64,000 nucleotides of DNA from Eledone cirrhosa (taxonomy: Eukaryota): NCBI GenBank assembly GCA_964016885.1, contig OZ024741.1, forward strand, positions 289,664,001 through 289,728,000, in the 5' to 3' direction. Positions 1-14,762 of the stretch are shown piece after piece. The notes beneath the pieces were generated by a model. That model made no database searches. It was not told where the DNA came from and worked only from the letters and a program-made list of their open reading frames with translations. The first letter of the stretch is position 1. Every line of letters begins with the position of its first letter. The translations under genes were made by a program, and so were the position numbers.

Positions 1-276
1 AATGACATAGTATACAATATATATATTTTAAGTAAATTTACTTTGTGCGTGCATGAAGACGTTTTTGCTAAGTGTAATGTTTTATTTATCTGCCACAAGG
101 ATCAAGGGATCAGTAACATTACAAAGAGGAAACACGCAACAATGGATAGAGTAGGGAAGAGGGCTGAGTATTGAATTGAATGGCATAAGAGCAACTTTAA
201 ATTGTAATAGCAATAATAGCAGAAGGGAGAGGAGGAGGTGCAGTAGAAGCGGATGATGAGGAGGAGGAGGGAGAGG

Positions 277-347
277 AGAAGAAGAAGAAGAAGAAGAAGA
301 AGAAGAAGAAGAAGAAGAAGAAGAAGAAGAAGAAGAAGAAGAAGAAG

Positions 348-404
<57 letters not shown>

Positions 405-455
405 ATAAACAACAACAACAATAACAACAACAACAATAACAACAACAGTAACAAC
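277..455. repeat. Compound (AAG)n-(AAC)n microsatellite
   Basis: Direct reading. Confidence 0.95.
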
Positions 456-649
456 CGAAAAAATAAAAGAGTTACAATATCAACTATAGCAACGCAACAC
501 CAATAGCAACAATAACAAGCACAGCAAAATAACTTACCACATGTACAATATTAATAAAATGGTTGTAGTAAATACACAAGCAGTGAGATAAATCTTTTCA
601 GATTTTGATCTATTTGATCTATTTGGATAGTTAAAGAGACAAACACAAG

Positions 650-711
<62 letters not shown>

Positions 712-750
712 CATACATATATATATACATATATATATATATAATGTATG

Positions 751-799
<49 letters not shown>

Positions 800-807
800 T
801 ATGTATG

Positions 808-901
<94 letters not shown>

Positions 902-912
902 GTATGTATGTA

Positions 913-943
<31 letters not shown>

Positions 944-946
944 GTA

Positions 947-993
<47 letters not shown>

Positions 994-1000
994 GTATGTA

Positions 1001-1041
<41 letters not shown>

Positions 1042-1498
1042 AGCGAAAGAGAAAATATATAATAAAATATAAAATATATAAAGACAAAATGGTTGCTGTG
1101 TTGCATGTTTTGAAGCAATCAGTGATTATTATGAAAAGACGGTTAAAGAGAAGTCTTAGTAGTAAAATCTGGTGAGTGGCAAGGAAGGAAGAGAGGTGTA
1201 GAGAGAGTTGAGTAAGGGAAGGGAGAGACAGAGAGAGAGAGTGAGATATTTAGAGGGAGAGAAAGAGAGTTATAGATTGAGTGAGTGAGAGAGAGAGTGT
1301 GAGATATTTAGAGGGAGAGAGAGAGAGAGAGATTGTGCAATGGTGCAGTGCAGACAGAAGAATTGTGAAAGCGATAATTGTTACTGTAAATTATTTCGTT
1401 ACACACCATTACGACGACATTTTATTATTACACATGTATTATTACGCATATATGTATATATATATATTATATATATATACATATATATATATTATATA

Positions 1499-1534
<36 letters not shown>

Positions 1535-1572
1535 TGTATGTATGTATGTATGTATGTATGTATGTATGTATG

Positions 1573-1644
<72 letters not shown>

Positions 1645-1971
1645 TCATATTTCTATGTGTGCGTATGTGTGTGTGCATATGAGTGTGGGTATGTGTGTTT
1701 GTGTGTGTGGGTATGTGTGTATGTGTGTGTATCTGTGTGTATGTGTGTGTCTGTGTGTGTGTGTATGAATGTGTGTACATATTCACAAGTTCATAAGTAG
1801 GTGTGGAATACCCAACGAATTGTTTTTCATGTAGTCGGATTGTTTCGGGTGAATGGGTTGTACTGATGGATTTGCGGACCCTCCCATTGGTAGGCAGTCC
1901 AATTTGTTTTTTTTTTTAATGATAGAAACTCCTCCTAGAAGCCAACACAATATCGGTCCCACCTCTTGCTT

Positions 1972-2002
<31 letters not shown>

Positions 2003-2629
2003 CCATAATCATGCATTAATTCTTTTTACATTAGTTCACAATAATAAGATGAGAAATATTTCTTTCGAGAAGATTAACGACGAAAGTGAACGGCATTTGA
2101 CATGAATAAGATAAAAACAGAATTAATTGTTTCAAGTATATTACTGGTACTTATTTTTGTTGAGTTTTATTAAAACCCTATGCATAGATGAATTAACCCA
2201 AAATACAAAAGATAATTTTGATCCGATGTGTTGCTGAGGAGATATGCAACGTCCGGTTTGATGACACCGGATGGCAATTGACCCACCTTACCCATCAGGC
2301 ATGGTGACTTTGGTATTCGGTCTCTAGTCTTACTGGCTTTTCTTTTGTCGGTGACCTCTTGCCGTGTCGTCATAAACAGGGTTCTTCTCAACACAACTGA
2401 AGCTACTCTGACCGGTGAACACGAGTCGACGTACGTGACATGGAACCAGCTCGACCTTCACCCTGTGAACGTCAAACCCTCTCCCCACTCTAGACGTCCA
2501 GTCCCCGCCCCCGCCCAAATAAATTATAACACGATAACATTTGATCTTATATCTAAGAAGATCAAAATTAAAGAGAGTAAAGCATTCAGTCAGGCGTTTT
2601 ACATTTCCAACAATATACCGTTCTTCTAA

Positions 2630-3425
2630 ACTACACTACACCGTATTAGTGTATATCGCACTATACTATATCCCGCAACAAATCATTCTATACTGTATTA
2701 TACTATACTATGTTCTATTACACCTCTTAACTAAATCATCTCATAATATACTAAACTATCATATATTATACTATATTACACTACACTATATATACTATAA
2801 CATACTATATTATACTATACTGAACTATACTATCCGAGACTATACTATTCTACATTATATTATACTATACTATACTATACTATACTATACTATACTATAC
2901 TATACTATACTATACTATACTATACTATACTATACTATACTATACTATACTATACTATACTATATTACGGTATACTATATTATACTAAGCTATATTAAAC
3001 TATACTATACTACACTATATGTACTATAACATACTATATTATACTATACTGTACTATACCATAATAGACTATACTATACTACATTATATTGTACTATACT
3101 ATACTACAGTATACTATATTATACTATCCTATATTATACTATACAACACTACACTATATTTATTACTATACTATACTATACTACAGTATACTATACTACA
3201 GTATACTATATTATACTATGCTATATTATACTATACAACACTACACTATATTTATTATATCACACATTAGTATACTATGTTGTACTACACTCTACTACAC
3301 TACGCTATACTATACTTTACTCTACTACATCTCTTTACTACGCTATAGTATAATACTTCATTATACTACACCATTCCAATAAAAGACTGTATTACATTAC
3401 ATTCCGCTGTATTACACTATACTAA
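2630..3425. repeat. (TATAC)n pentanucleotide satellite, pure in the centre and degenerate at the flanks
   Basis: Direct reading. Confidence 0.92.
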
Positions 3426-5204
3426 TATAAATGTGATGGGACATTGGTGTTTGGGCAACTTCCCTAAGGCAACATTTACTGTCTGTGTAACAACAAACAT
3501 TGACATAACATACAGCACATCTCTGCCAGTCAAGAGATCTGATTACCTCCCCTTACCCTACCCACTAGATATTCCTTACGACCACACATATCACGATGTT
3601 AAAAGAACTCATCACGGTTTCGTTATCTTATATGCATGCCGCACATTCTTTTGCTTCGGGCATTTGCGTTTAACGTTTCAATTCCTTCACTTTCAATTGC
3701 TAATTGCAGAAAAATGGCTGGGCATCATCCCTTTATAATTAGCTGCTTTATGCCCGATCGAAACCCTAATCATCATCTCTGCTTGATCGGCAAATCTCGC
3801 TCGCTCATTTGATTAGTCATTCGGCAATAGACGGAAACTGTTCTAAAACTACAGAACCCACTCACCTTACTTCACACACCACGCCGTTTTTATTTATTTA
3901 TTTATTTATTTATTTATTCATTGATTCATTCATTGATCTAGGTCACCGTGTGCAGATTTGCCGTAAATGAAACAAGGTACTCTCGGGTCCCAAATAATAG
4001 TGGTGTGTGGGTGGGGGAGGGGGAATAAGTGTGTGTGGGGGGGGGGGGTGATAAGCGGGAAGCGGGGGATTTGGAATAAGCTTAAACGTAGGAGTTGGAC
4101 GAAATGAGGGGGGGGGGGTCGGTAATTTTTCTAGTTTGTTTCCGTTGAATTTTTTAAAAACCAGAATTAGCCGTTTAGTTTACATATTGAGACCCCCCAA
4201 CCCATCCTATTTATTTCATAACGTATGGAATTTCTAGTAATGTTCTTTTTTGTGTCATGTATAATATTTTTTTAATATCTAAAGAAATTTAATTGTTAAT
4301 TAAAATAAAATTCGCCGGAGATAGATTAGTAAAATTTAATAAGCGAGAGATATTGGTATAGGGGCGGTGGGTGGTTGAGTGGGATTAAATCTGAAAAATT
4401 AATAAGCTGGGTGAGGTCGATTATTCAAGACCCGAGAGTAGGTGGCTAACTATAAAACGAGTGGCAGCGAGTGCGTATGAGAACTGATGTGTTTTTGTAT
4501 ATATGGGTTGGCTGGAATGTCACCTGACAGAGTAGTCCTATGATCAATAGTGTTCCGGCTGTCTCTTAACTTTGTTTATATCAGGGATTATAATTATCTG
4601 ATGGATTTTTTACTTCCAACATTTTTTTGAAGAGATGTTTTGTGGTTTTAGTGGCATATTTAGCTGCTAATTTTAGGAAATCAAGTGAATGTGTAGAGGG
4701 TTCTTCCTGATTATGTGTGTATTGTGGAGGGGTGTAAAGATGAACGTATAACAAACAAATAAAGTAAAAAAAATAGTAAACAACAATGGCTCAAACAGCT
4801 TTAAATATAAATGTATTATAAACGAAACAGTCCAGAAAAAAAAGCAGCTTCTAATCGTTGCAATAGCATAAAAATATCCACACCCACTCCAACCGAAATT
4901 GTCCCCCTGCATTGTTAATATTGTCATTCAAGGGGGTAGGATATTGGGAGAATAGGCAGAGCATCCTATAAAATGATATTGCATCGTGTGTTCTGGCTTT
5001 TAACATTGTATGGTATGGTATGGTCCCGTATCGCCTGAGTGAGTCGGAGGGGCACCGTATTGACATATGGTATTTCTTGGGCATTTTAATATCTGACGAA
5101 CTCATTTCTCTCCAGGCCTGAGTACAGCAGGTTTTTCCAGAGAAAGATAGAAAATGAGAGAATGGAAGAGAGAAAGGGGTATAGAGGAAGAATCGATCCT
5201 AGTC

Positions 5205-5502
5205 CTAGACTGGGAAATTTTTATCGACCTAGAAAAGATGAAAGGTAAAGTTTAACCCTGGTGGGATTTGAACTCAGAGGGCAGAGAGCTGGAATGAATA
5301 CCACAAATAATTCTATCCGACGTTCTAACGACCCTGTCAATTCGCCAGCTTGACATACTGAGTTCAAATACCTGTGAGTTCAACTTCGCATTTCATGCTT
5401 CTAAGATCGATAAAGTAAAGTAGCGGTCAAGTACCGGGGTTGATTTAATCAACTTGTCGCTTCCCATAAATTTACTCGCCTTGAAACTAAACTAGATATC
5501 AA
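5205..5502. mobile_element. Two decayed tRNA-derived SINE copies, head-to-head (- then +)
   Basis: B-box-like gagttcaaat/atttgaactc plus the core tttcatc...tcgataaa shared with the other copies. A further partial copy lies at ~5670-5785. Confidence 0.6.
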
Positions 5503-6766
5503 TGATGTCGCTCAACTTACGAGAAATCACAGTTTTCGTTTTAAAAATTAAAGGGATATATTAGTGTAATACAATTTAACGGTATGATGATATCAGGAAT
5601 ACAGCTAAACATAGGCTGGCCCGATCTGGGATAGGCAGCAGAAAGAGTAAAAGTATTTTCTCACGTTAGCAAACTGGCAGAGTCGTTACAACGTCGGATA
5701 TAATGATTGCGGTATTTGCCCGGCTCAATGCAATCTCTGAGTTCAAATTCTGCCGTGGTCAAGTTTGTCATTCAACTTTTCGAAATCATTTCTTCCTTTA
5801 TATATCTATGAGATATTCAGTGAGATTGAATCTCTTCTAAATCTCTCTGAGGTCTTTACTGGGATTGATTCTTTCTCTATCCTTCTTTCTCGCTTTCCGT
5901 ATCTCACTCTATCACTCTCCTTCTCTGGAAAAATCGGATGTATTCAGAACTGAGGACGGAGGGGGCTCAGCTTGTTTGAAATGTAGGGACGATGCTCCTA
6001 CGATTCCATTAGGCCCATTAACATACTATATTTAATTAACAATATCCCCAACTGTGATTATTTACACCCTATATAGGTTGTGCTTAGCAAGACTTGGCAG
6101 GGCAATACAGACACATACTTTGTGGTATCTAGTTACACAACTCCTTATGTGGGGAGGAGCAACGTTGTTCTCGGCAATTTCTGGGCCTTGACGAAAATCA
6201 AAGGATTTATTCTCTTCCGGAAGACTTACGGTCAGTAGATTGTAAAATACTTTGAGAATTCTCTGGCCTGGCATTAGAAGGAGAATCGCCAATTCAAGAC
6301 ACAATACAGGTACTTAAATGATATAAAGTGCGCGTGTTTGAGATGCGGATAGAGCGACGAAACAGTTCAGTGACCGAGCATAACTGTTTAATGGAGTTTT
6401 GCTGAAAAGTTGCTATCAAATGTATGATGGCTCCGGTTATTGGCTAAGTCCATTTTGAACATTTGCCCCATTGTTTTCGTCATATCAGGAATTGCAGGTA
6501 GTTTTCTTCTGTCTGGTAGGTATGGCAAAAGTTATTTAGTGGAAAGCGAAATTGAAAGAATTTAGAATAGGTATTCTTGTCCGGATAAGTATACTTCAAA
6601 CTAAATTCGGAAGATTAATTTGTAGATGGATGTAAAGGTGGAGAAAACGGTGAAGTTGGAAAGTTCGCTGTCCATTAAATTTGTTAAATGGTGGATGAGA
6701 GTGGCCCGCATGGCCAGCATGACTAGACTCAGCATATGTCTAAACATACGCCTACACATATTATAT

Positions 6767-6800
<34 letters not shown>

Positions 6801-7160
6801 AGTAACAGCTGTACTAAGAGTGAGAAATGAAATTTCGTTTCATTTTTTCCGTTTATCGTTTCGGTACCCCGGCCGATTAACTCACTCGATATGCAAATTA
6901 GGCTGCTCAGCCGTTAATATGCATCAGGTAAGTATATACTTTCAGACGTTCAATCATCTGGCAGGAAGGTATACGTTGCCGACGATAGCTAATAACCTTG
7001 AAACTAGTACAGCGTTCCTTTGTCAGTGTTGAACAAATGAGCAACGATGGTTGCTAGAAACTGTACGGCTTAATTCGGGATGTTTGTTTACAAACACACT
7101 GAGCATTATAATAAATGTTCGGTGAATCCATACGTACATATATATATATGTGCATGTATG

Positions 7161-7192
<32 letters not shown>

Positions 7193-7321
7193 CTACTGTA
7201 CGTCTGTATACATATATGTATGTACGTATACATACTTATATTTAAGTAACAGCCGTACTAAGAGTGGGAAATGAAATTTCGTTTCATTTTTTCCGTTTAT
7301 ATATATATATATATATATATA

Positions 7322-7775
7322 TAATAGGAACGAGTAGGACCCCGACGGCTGAGCTCAAGCCGTTTCGACGGCTAATTCTGGACTAAATGAACATTTTTAT
7401 CCTGGTATATGAATAGCCGAGCTTCTCAGGGGGTAATTCCATATATGGTAAAAGTGATTGACACGAGGATTGGTCAAAGGTTTGTTGTTGAGACACATAA
7501 TTCTATCATGCCATGATAGAATTATGTGTCTCAACAACAAACTTTTGACCAATCCTCGTGTCAATCACTTTTACCATATATGGAATTACCCCCTGAGAAG
7601 CTCGGCTATTCATATACCAGGATAAAAATTTTCATTTAGTCCAGAATTAGCCGTCGAAACGGCTTGAGCTCAGCCGTCGGGGTCCTACTCGTTCCTATTA
7701 CCCACTCTACTACCCTAAGTATTGAGTACTTTGGTGCGTTATTGTCCATCTGGTTCCTTACCACATTTCCTTCGT

Positions 7776-7778
<3 letters not shown>
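7322..7778 (+). mobile_element. Foldback element (family A) in (TA)n: 189-bp inverted arms plus ~78-bp 3' tail; Penelope-like pLTR-type
   Basis: Arms 7322-7510 and 7512-7700 with a 1-nt spacer and 2 mismatches that I could see. Unpaired tail 7701-7778. (TA)n on both sides. Contains a hammerhead-like motif. Confidence 0.8.
7588..7683 (+). ncRNA. Type I hammerhead ribozyme-like motif with long stem II and a variant core (CUGAGAA)
   Basis: ACCCC-CTGAGAA-gctCGGCTA...TAGCCGtc-GAAA-CGGC-ttgagctca-GCCG-TC-GGGGT. Stems I, II and III pair, and the GUC cleavage triplet ends at 7678. The core deviates from CUGANGA. Confidence 0.6.
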
Positions 7779-7822
<44 letters not shown>

Positions 7823-8515
7823 TATATATATATTTATATATAAATATATATAGATAGTACGTATGTATATATACTATTCTGGCAATAATTGCTATTGTTA
7901 CTGTTATAGCTATGGTTTATAATTTATTTTTCATTTTGTTGTTGTTGCTCTTGTTGTTGATGGTGGTGGTGGTAGTTTATCTTTAACAATATAAATTAAT
8001 TTCAAAAGCTGTCAGATTCATGTAATCTTTAAACACCGACAAGTAACAGGTCACATGACTCAGTATAAGATAACATGTTGCCAATTCTTCTAGATGTCCC
8101 GTACAAGAAGTTCCCTTCTCTGCCAATTAGATTGTTTCTCTTTCATTCGGCTTCTCCTTCTCTCAAACTCTTACCTTCTTCAACACTCTCTCACTCTTTC
8201 TCTTTTCTCTTTCTCTCTCGATCTCTCTCCCTCTCTCTCTCCATGTCTCTCTTTCTCTCTCGTTCTCTTTTTCTCATTCTCTCTCTCACACACACACGCG
8301 CTCTCTCTCTTTCTCTCGCGTTCTCTTTTTCTCACTCTCTCTCTCACACACACACACACGCGCTCTCTCTCTATCTCTCTCTCTTTTTCACTTTCTCTCT
8401 CTTCCTGTCTCTCTTTCGCTCTCTTTCTCTCTCTCCTTTATTTCTTTCTCTCTTTCTCTCTACCCCTCTCTCTCTTCCTCTTTCCCCCCCTCTCTCTCAC
8501 ACACACACACACGCG

Positions 8516-8546
<31 letters not shown>

Positions 8547-8912
8547 TTGCTCTCTCGTTCTCTTTTTCTCACTCTCTCTTTCTCTCTCTCACACACACAC
8601 TCTCCCTATTTCTCTCTCTTGCTCTCTCGTTCTCTTTTTCGCACTCTCTCTCTCACACACACGCTCTCTCTCTCTCCCTTTCTCTCTCCCCTCTATCTCT
8701 TTCTTTCTCTTTCTCTTTACTTCTGTCTCTCACTTTCTCTTTCCCTGTCTCCCTTTCACATTTCTCTTTCGCTCTCCCTCTCACTCTTTCACCCTGTCTC
8801 TCTCTCTCTCTCTCTCTTTCTCTCTCCCCTTATCTCTTCATCACTCTCTATTTCTTATTATGGCACACCTTCATCTTTCGGTGGCTGCTCTTCTCTCCAC
8901 CTTTTCATTGTT

Positions 8913-11560
8913 TACATACACACGTCTACATACACATACATACACACGTCTACATACACATACTTACACACGTCTACATACACATACATACACACGTCTA
9001 CATACACATACTTACACACATCTACATACACATACTTACACACGTCTACATACACATACTTACACACATCTACATACACATACATACACACGTCTACATA
9101 CACATACATACACACATCTACATACACATACATACACACATCTACATACATACACACGTCTACATACACATACATACACACGTCTACATACACATTCGTA
9201 CACACATCTACATACACATACATACACACATCTACATACACATACATACACACGTCTACATACACACATCTACATACACATACATACACACATCTACATA
9301 CATACACACGTCTACATACACATACATACACACGTCTACATACACATTCGTACACACATCTACATACACATACATACACACATCTACATACACATACATA
9401 CACACGTCTACATACACACATCTACATACACATACATACACACATCTACATACACATACATACACACGTCTACATACACATACATACACATATCTACATA
9501 CACATTCATACACACGTCTACATACACATACTTATCACCGCTACATACACATACTTACACACGTCTACACACACATCTACATACACATAGTTACACACAT
9601 CTACATACACATACATACACACATCTACATACACATACATACACACACTTACACACATCTACATACACATACTTACACACATCTACATACACATACTTAC
9701 ACACATCTACATACACATTCTTACACACATCTACATACACATACATACACACATCTACATACACATACATACACACATCTACATACACATACTTACACAC
9801 ATCTACATACATATACATACACATACTTACACACATCTACATACACATACTTACACACATCTACATACACATATCTACATACACATACTTACACACATCT
9901 ACATACACATACTTACACACGTCTACATACACATACATACACACGTCTACATACACATACTTACACACATCTACATACACATACATACACACATCTACAT
10001 ACACATACTTACACACATCTACATACATATACATACACATACATACACATATCTATATACACACATCTACATACACATACTTACACACATCTATATACAC
10101 ATATCTACATACACATACTTACACACATCTACATACACATATCTACATACACATACTTACACACATCTACATACACATATCTACATACACATACTTACAC
10201 ACATCTACATACACACATCTACATACACATACTTACACACGTCTACATACACATACTTGCACACATCTACATACACATACTTGCACACATCTACATACAC
10301 ATACTTACACACATCTATATACACATATCTACATACATATACTTACACACATCTACATACACCTATCTACATACACATACTTACACACATCTACATACAC
10401 ATATCTACATACACATACTTACACACATCTACATACACATACTTACACACGTCTACATACACACATCTATATACACATAGTTACACACATCTACATACAC
10501 ATATCTACATACACATACTTACACACATCTACATACACATACATACACACATCTACATACACATACATACACACATCTACATACACATACATACACACAT
10601 CTACATACACATACTTACACACATCTACATACACATACTTACACACATCTACATACACATACATACACATACATACACATATCTACATACACATACTTAC
10701 ACACCTTTACATACACATATTTACACACATCTACATACACATACATACATCTACATACACATACTTACCCACATCTACATACACATATTTACACACATCT
10801 ACATACACATACTTACACACGTCTACATACACATACTTACACACATCTACATACACATACTTACACACGTCTACATACACATACTTACACACATCTACAT
10901 ACACATACATACATACCTCTACATACACATACATACACACCTCTACATACACACGTCTACATACACATACATACACATGTCTACATACACATACTTACAC
11001 ACGTCTACATACACATATTTACACACATCTATATACACACATCTACATACACATACATACACACATCTACATACACATACTTACACACATCTGCATACAC
11101 ATATTTACACACATCTGCATACACATACTTACACACATCTACATACACATACATACACACACTTACACACGTCTACATACACATATTTACACACATCTAC
11201 ATACACATACTTACACACGTCTACATACACATACTTACACACATCTACATACACATACTTACACACATCTACATACACATACTTACACACATCTACATAC
11301 ACATACTTACACACATCTGCATACACATATTTACACACATCTGCATACACATACTTACACACATCTACATACGCATGCATACACACATCTACATACACAT
11401 ACTTACACACATCTACATACACATACTTACACACGTCTACATACACATACATACACACATCTACATACACATACGTACACACATCTACATCCATCCATAC
11501 ACCCATCTACACACACGTCTACACACACTTACATACACACCTACACATACATCTACACAC
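8913..11560. repeat. 24-bp minisatellite ACACACATCTACATACACATAC(A/T)T, preceded by a CT-rich tract (8150-8830)
   Basis: Periodic units with shorter (~14-18 bp) deletion variants. Confidence 0.93.
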
Positions 11561-11612
11561 ACTCAACAGGTATACATGGATATGTAAATGTATGTGTGTA
11601 TATATACATATA

Positions 11613-11689
<77 letters not shown>

Positions 11690-11821
11690 TTATATAAGTA
11701 TATAAATATATGTATATATGCACATATGTACACACACACACACACGCGCAACATATTTATACATACACATGCATCTACATATCTATCTGTAGGTATGTGT
11801 GTATTTATTTGTGTAGATGTT

Positions 11822-11881
<60 letters not shown>

Positions 11882-11975
11882 TATATATATATATATATAT
11901 TTATTAAAATAACAGATTAAAGTTTAAGCAAAGAATCGCTGCTTTCACCCTTAACGGGATCTTCTGAAACACATA

Positions 11976-12035
<60 letters not shown>

Positions 12036-12130
12036 AACATCTACACACAAATAAATACACACATGCATCTACATATCTATGTGTAGCTATGTGTGTATTT
12101 AATTGTGTGTAGATGTTTGTGTGTGTATAT

Positions 12131-12183
<53 letters not shown>

Positions 12184-12982
12184 GCATCCATACAGATACT
12201 TACACACATCTACATACACACATATATATATATGTATATATATATATACACACATATATTCCAGCCATCCCCCACAGTGTAGAGTTATTCCTGGCAGTAC
12301 CATATTTGTCGGTGTCTGAAGGTGTGGGGAGATGACTTGGTATACAGTAAAATTGGCGTCTGTTGAGATGTTGATGGCGAAGGTAGTTTTGATATGTTGG
12401 GGGAGAATGCTTTACTTGAAGAACTGCTGTTCTTATTCGTCCGTACGGTTTCAAGATACTTCCTTTCCTTCCCCGCTTCCTTCTTATATTCTTTCCATTT
12501 TTTTACATTACTTTCTCTTGCTTTATTTCTCCCCCTTTAATCCCCCCTCCCCCCGCTCTCTTTCTCTTTTTTTCCCTTGCTCAATCTCCCTTCTTATATT
12601 TCTTTCCTTTTCCTTATTTCCTTTCTTTCTTGTTCCCCTTGTAGTAGTTGTTTGCTTTACCCTTTCTTTCCTTTTCTCTTGCCCCCCATACCCCCCCCCC
12701 CTTTTCTAGATGTCTTTTCGCAACATCAACACCGCTGAACAGCCTCGTTTTGATAACATTAATTACCGGCACTAAAATATTGACATAATACCAACCATGT
12801 CTTCTTTACACGTACGACGAACACCCATGGACAAACACAAACAAGATCATAGAGGCTTTATATATATATACGTATATATATATATTATATATATATATAT
12901 ATACACATACGTATATATATATATTATATATATATATACACATACGTATATATATATATCTATATATATATATATATCTATA

Positions 12983-13037
<55 letters not shown>

Positions 13038-13234
13038 GTATTTATATATAGGCGGGGGGATGTGTGAGGGAGTGGGTGTATAGTATGTATCAAAAGTTAC
13101 ACTGTTTTGTACATGTATGTAAACTGAGCTATATAGAGACCACATGTGGACAGTGTTTATGTACCTATGCATATGTTTTTGTGTATGTATGTATATATAT
13201 ATACATATATATACATATATATATATATATATAC

Positions 13235-13311
<77 letters not shown>

Positions 13312-13519
13312 TTTTGTGTGCAGTGCAGGAGAGAGAGAAAAGGAGAGCTGATACATAGAAAGGTATCTGTGCCTGGGTGTGTTTCTGTGAATGGTGCATC
13401 TTCACGTAAAATACTTTTGCGACCAATACCCGCAGACTGAATACACGCGCTTGCACAAGCACATACACACACACACGTACGCATACACACACACCTACAC
13501 ACACACAGCCACAAACACA

Positions 13520-13554
<35 letters not shown>

Positions 13555-13555
13555 T

Positions 13556-13593
<38 letters not shown>

Positions 13594-13857
13594 TGTATAT
13601 AAGAATGTTATATACCGAGGTTGATGTCTTATATGACAAAGGTTATATGCCGGGGAATTCAAATAGAAGCATGTCTTCATCACATGCAGTATATGGCTTT
13701 CAAATTTGTTCAAAATTTCCTATGGAGAGAAGAGAACCGCTACCCAGAGCCATTCAAGAAACCTCAATGACCCAGGCTTGCTATGAACTTGTTTGATAAT
13801 TACTAGGTAAAAGATATTAATCGTGTAGGTGAATCTCAATATATTATTTTAGAGCGG

Positions 13858-14270
13858 TAGGGCGGTGGATTGTCAGTAACGGTAGAGGGTCGGACGTCAT
13901 GCTTTGTAGCATAGAGTTACGGCCCTTTAATATCTGAGTTTGAATCCTGCAGAGGTTAACTTTGCCTTTCATCCTCATGGGGTCGATAAGATAAAGTACC
14001 AGTCACCCACTGGCGTCGATTTAATCGACTTTCCCTTTCGCCAAAATTGCTTGCCAACTGCCTATAGTAGAAACCATTATTTTAGAGCAGTGTATAGGCA
14101 GTATCGGTAGAGCGTTAGACACCATGCTTCCCTGCATAGAGTTATGGCCCTTTTCGTTTTGAGTTCAAATCTCGCCGAGGTTAACTTTGTCTTTGATCCT
14201 TACGGGGTCGATAAAAAAAAAACACCAGAAATGCACTGGGGGTAATTGCAATCCAAAAGTAGAAACAATT
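13858..14270 (+). mobile_element. Two tandem tRNA-derived SINEs (Nin/Deu-domain-like core)
   Basis: gggcggtggattg...gagtt(c/t)(a/g)aatc...gaggttaactttgcctttcatcct...ggggtcgataa...agtaccag, ending gtagaaacaattat. Confidence 0.75.
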
Positions 14271-14459
14271 ATTTCATCGATCCTGGAAAAAGAGAGTTGA
14301 CATCTGGTAAATTTAACATCTGATCGTCCAAGAAGTTCCTCGGAATTTGTAGTGAGACCATCGATCTGTATCTGGAAGATTTTACTCTACTGTGTATATA
14401 TTTATTTCTTATGGAAGATGAGCAAGTGCACAAGTGTACAGGGCTCAACTAAATAATAT

Positions 14460-14762
14460 AATTGTTTCTACTTTAGGCACAAGGCCAGCAAATACCCAGT
14501 GCATTACTGGTACTTTATTTTATCGACCCCGTAAGGATGAAAGGCAAAGTCAACCTCGGCGGGATTTGAACTCAGATCGTAAAAGGATGTAACTATGCTG
14601 GAAAGCATGGCGTCCGACCCTCTACCGATACTGCCAATCCACCGCCTAACTAAATAATATAATGGTTTTGTTTAATAATTGTTTCTACTTTTGGCATAAG
14701 AACAGCAATTACTCAGTACATTACTGGTACTTTATTTTATCGGCCCCGTAAGGATGAAAGGG
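14460..14762 (-). mobile_element. Same SINE family: one full copy (14460-14648) and one partial copy (14678-14762)
   Basis: ctggtactttattttatcgaccccgtaaggatgaaaggcaaagtcaacctcggcgggatttgaactcag. Confidence 0.78.

Noticed and set aside
5945-6010. CTGAGGA...GAAA possible hammerhead (similar isolated CTGANGA at ~5093, 19009, 24953, 43937, 47024)
   Set aside because: No consistent stem I/III pairing with a UH triplet.
6060-6740. Possible decayed retroelement coding remnant on the - strand
   Set aside because: No recognisable motif could be read with confidence. It needs a translated search.
8075-11705. 500-950 aa ORFs
   Set aside because: These are translations of CT tracts and the 24-bp CA-rich minisatellite.
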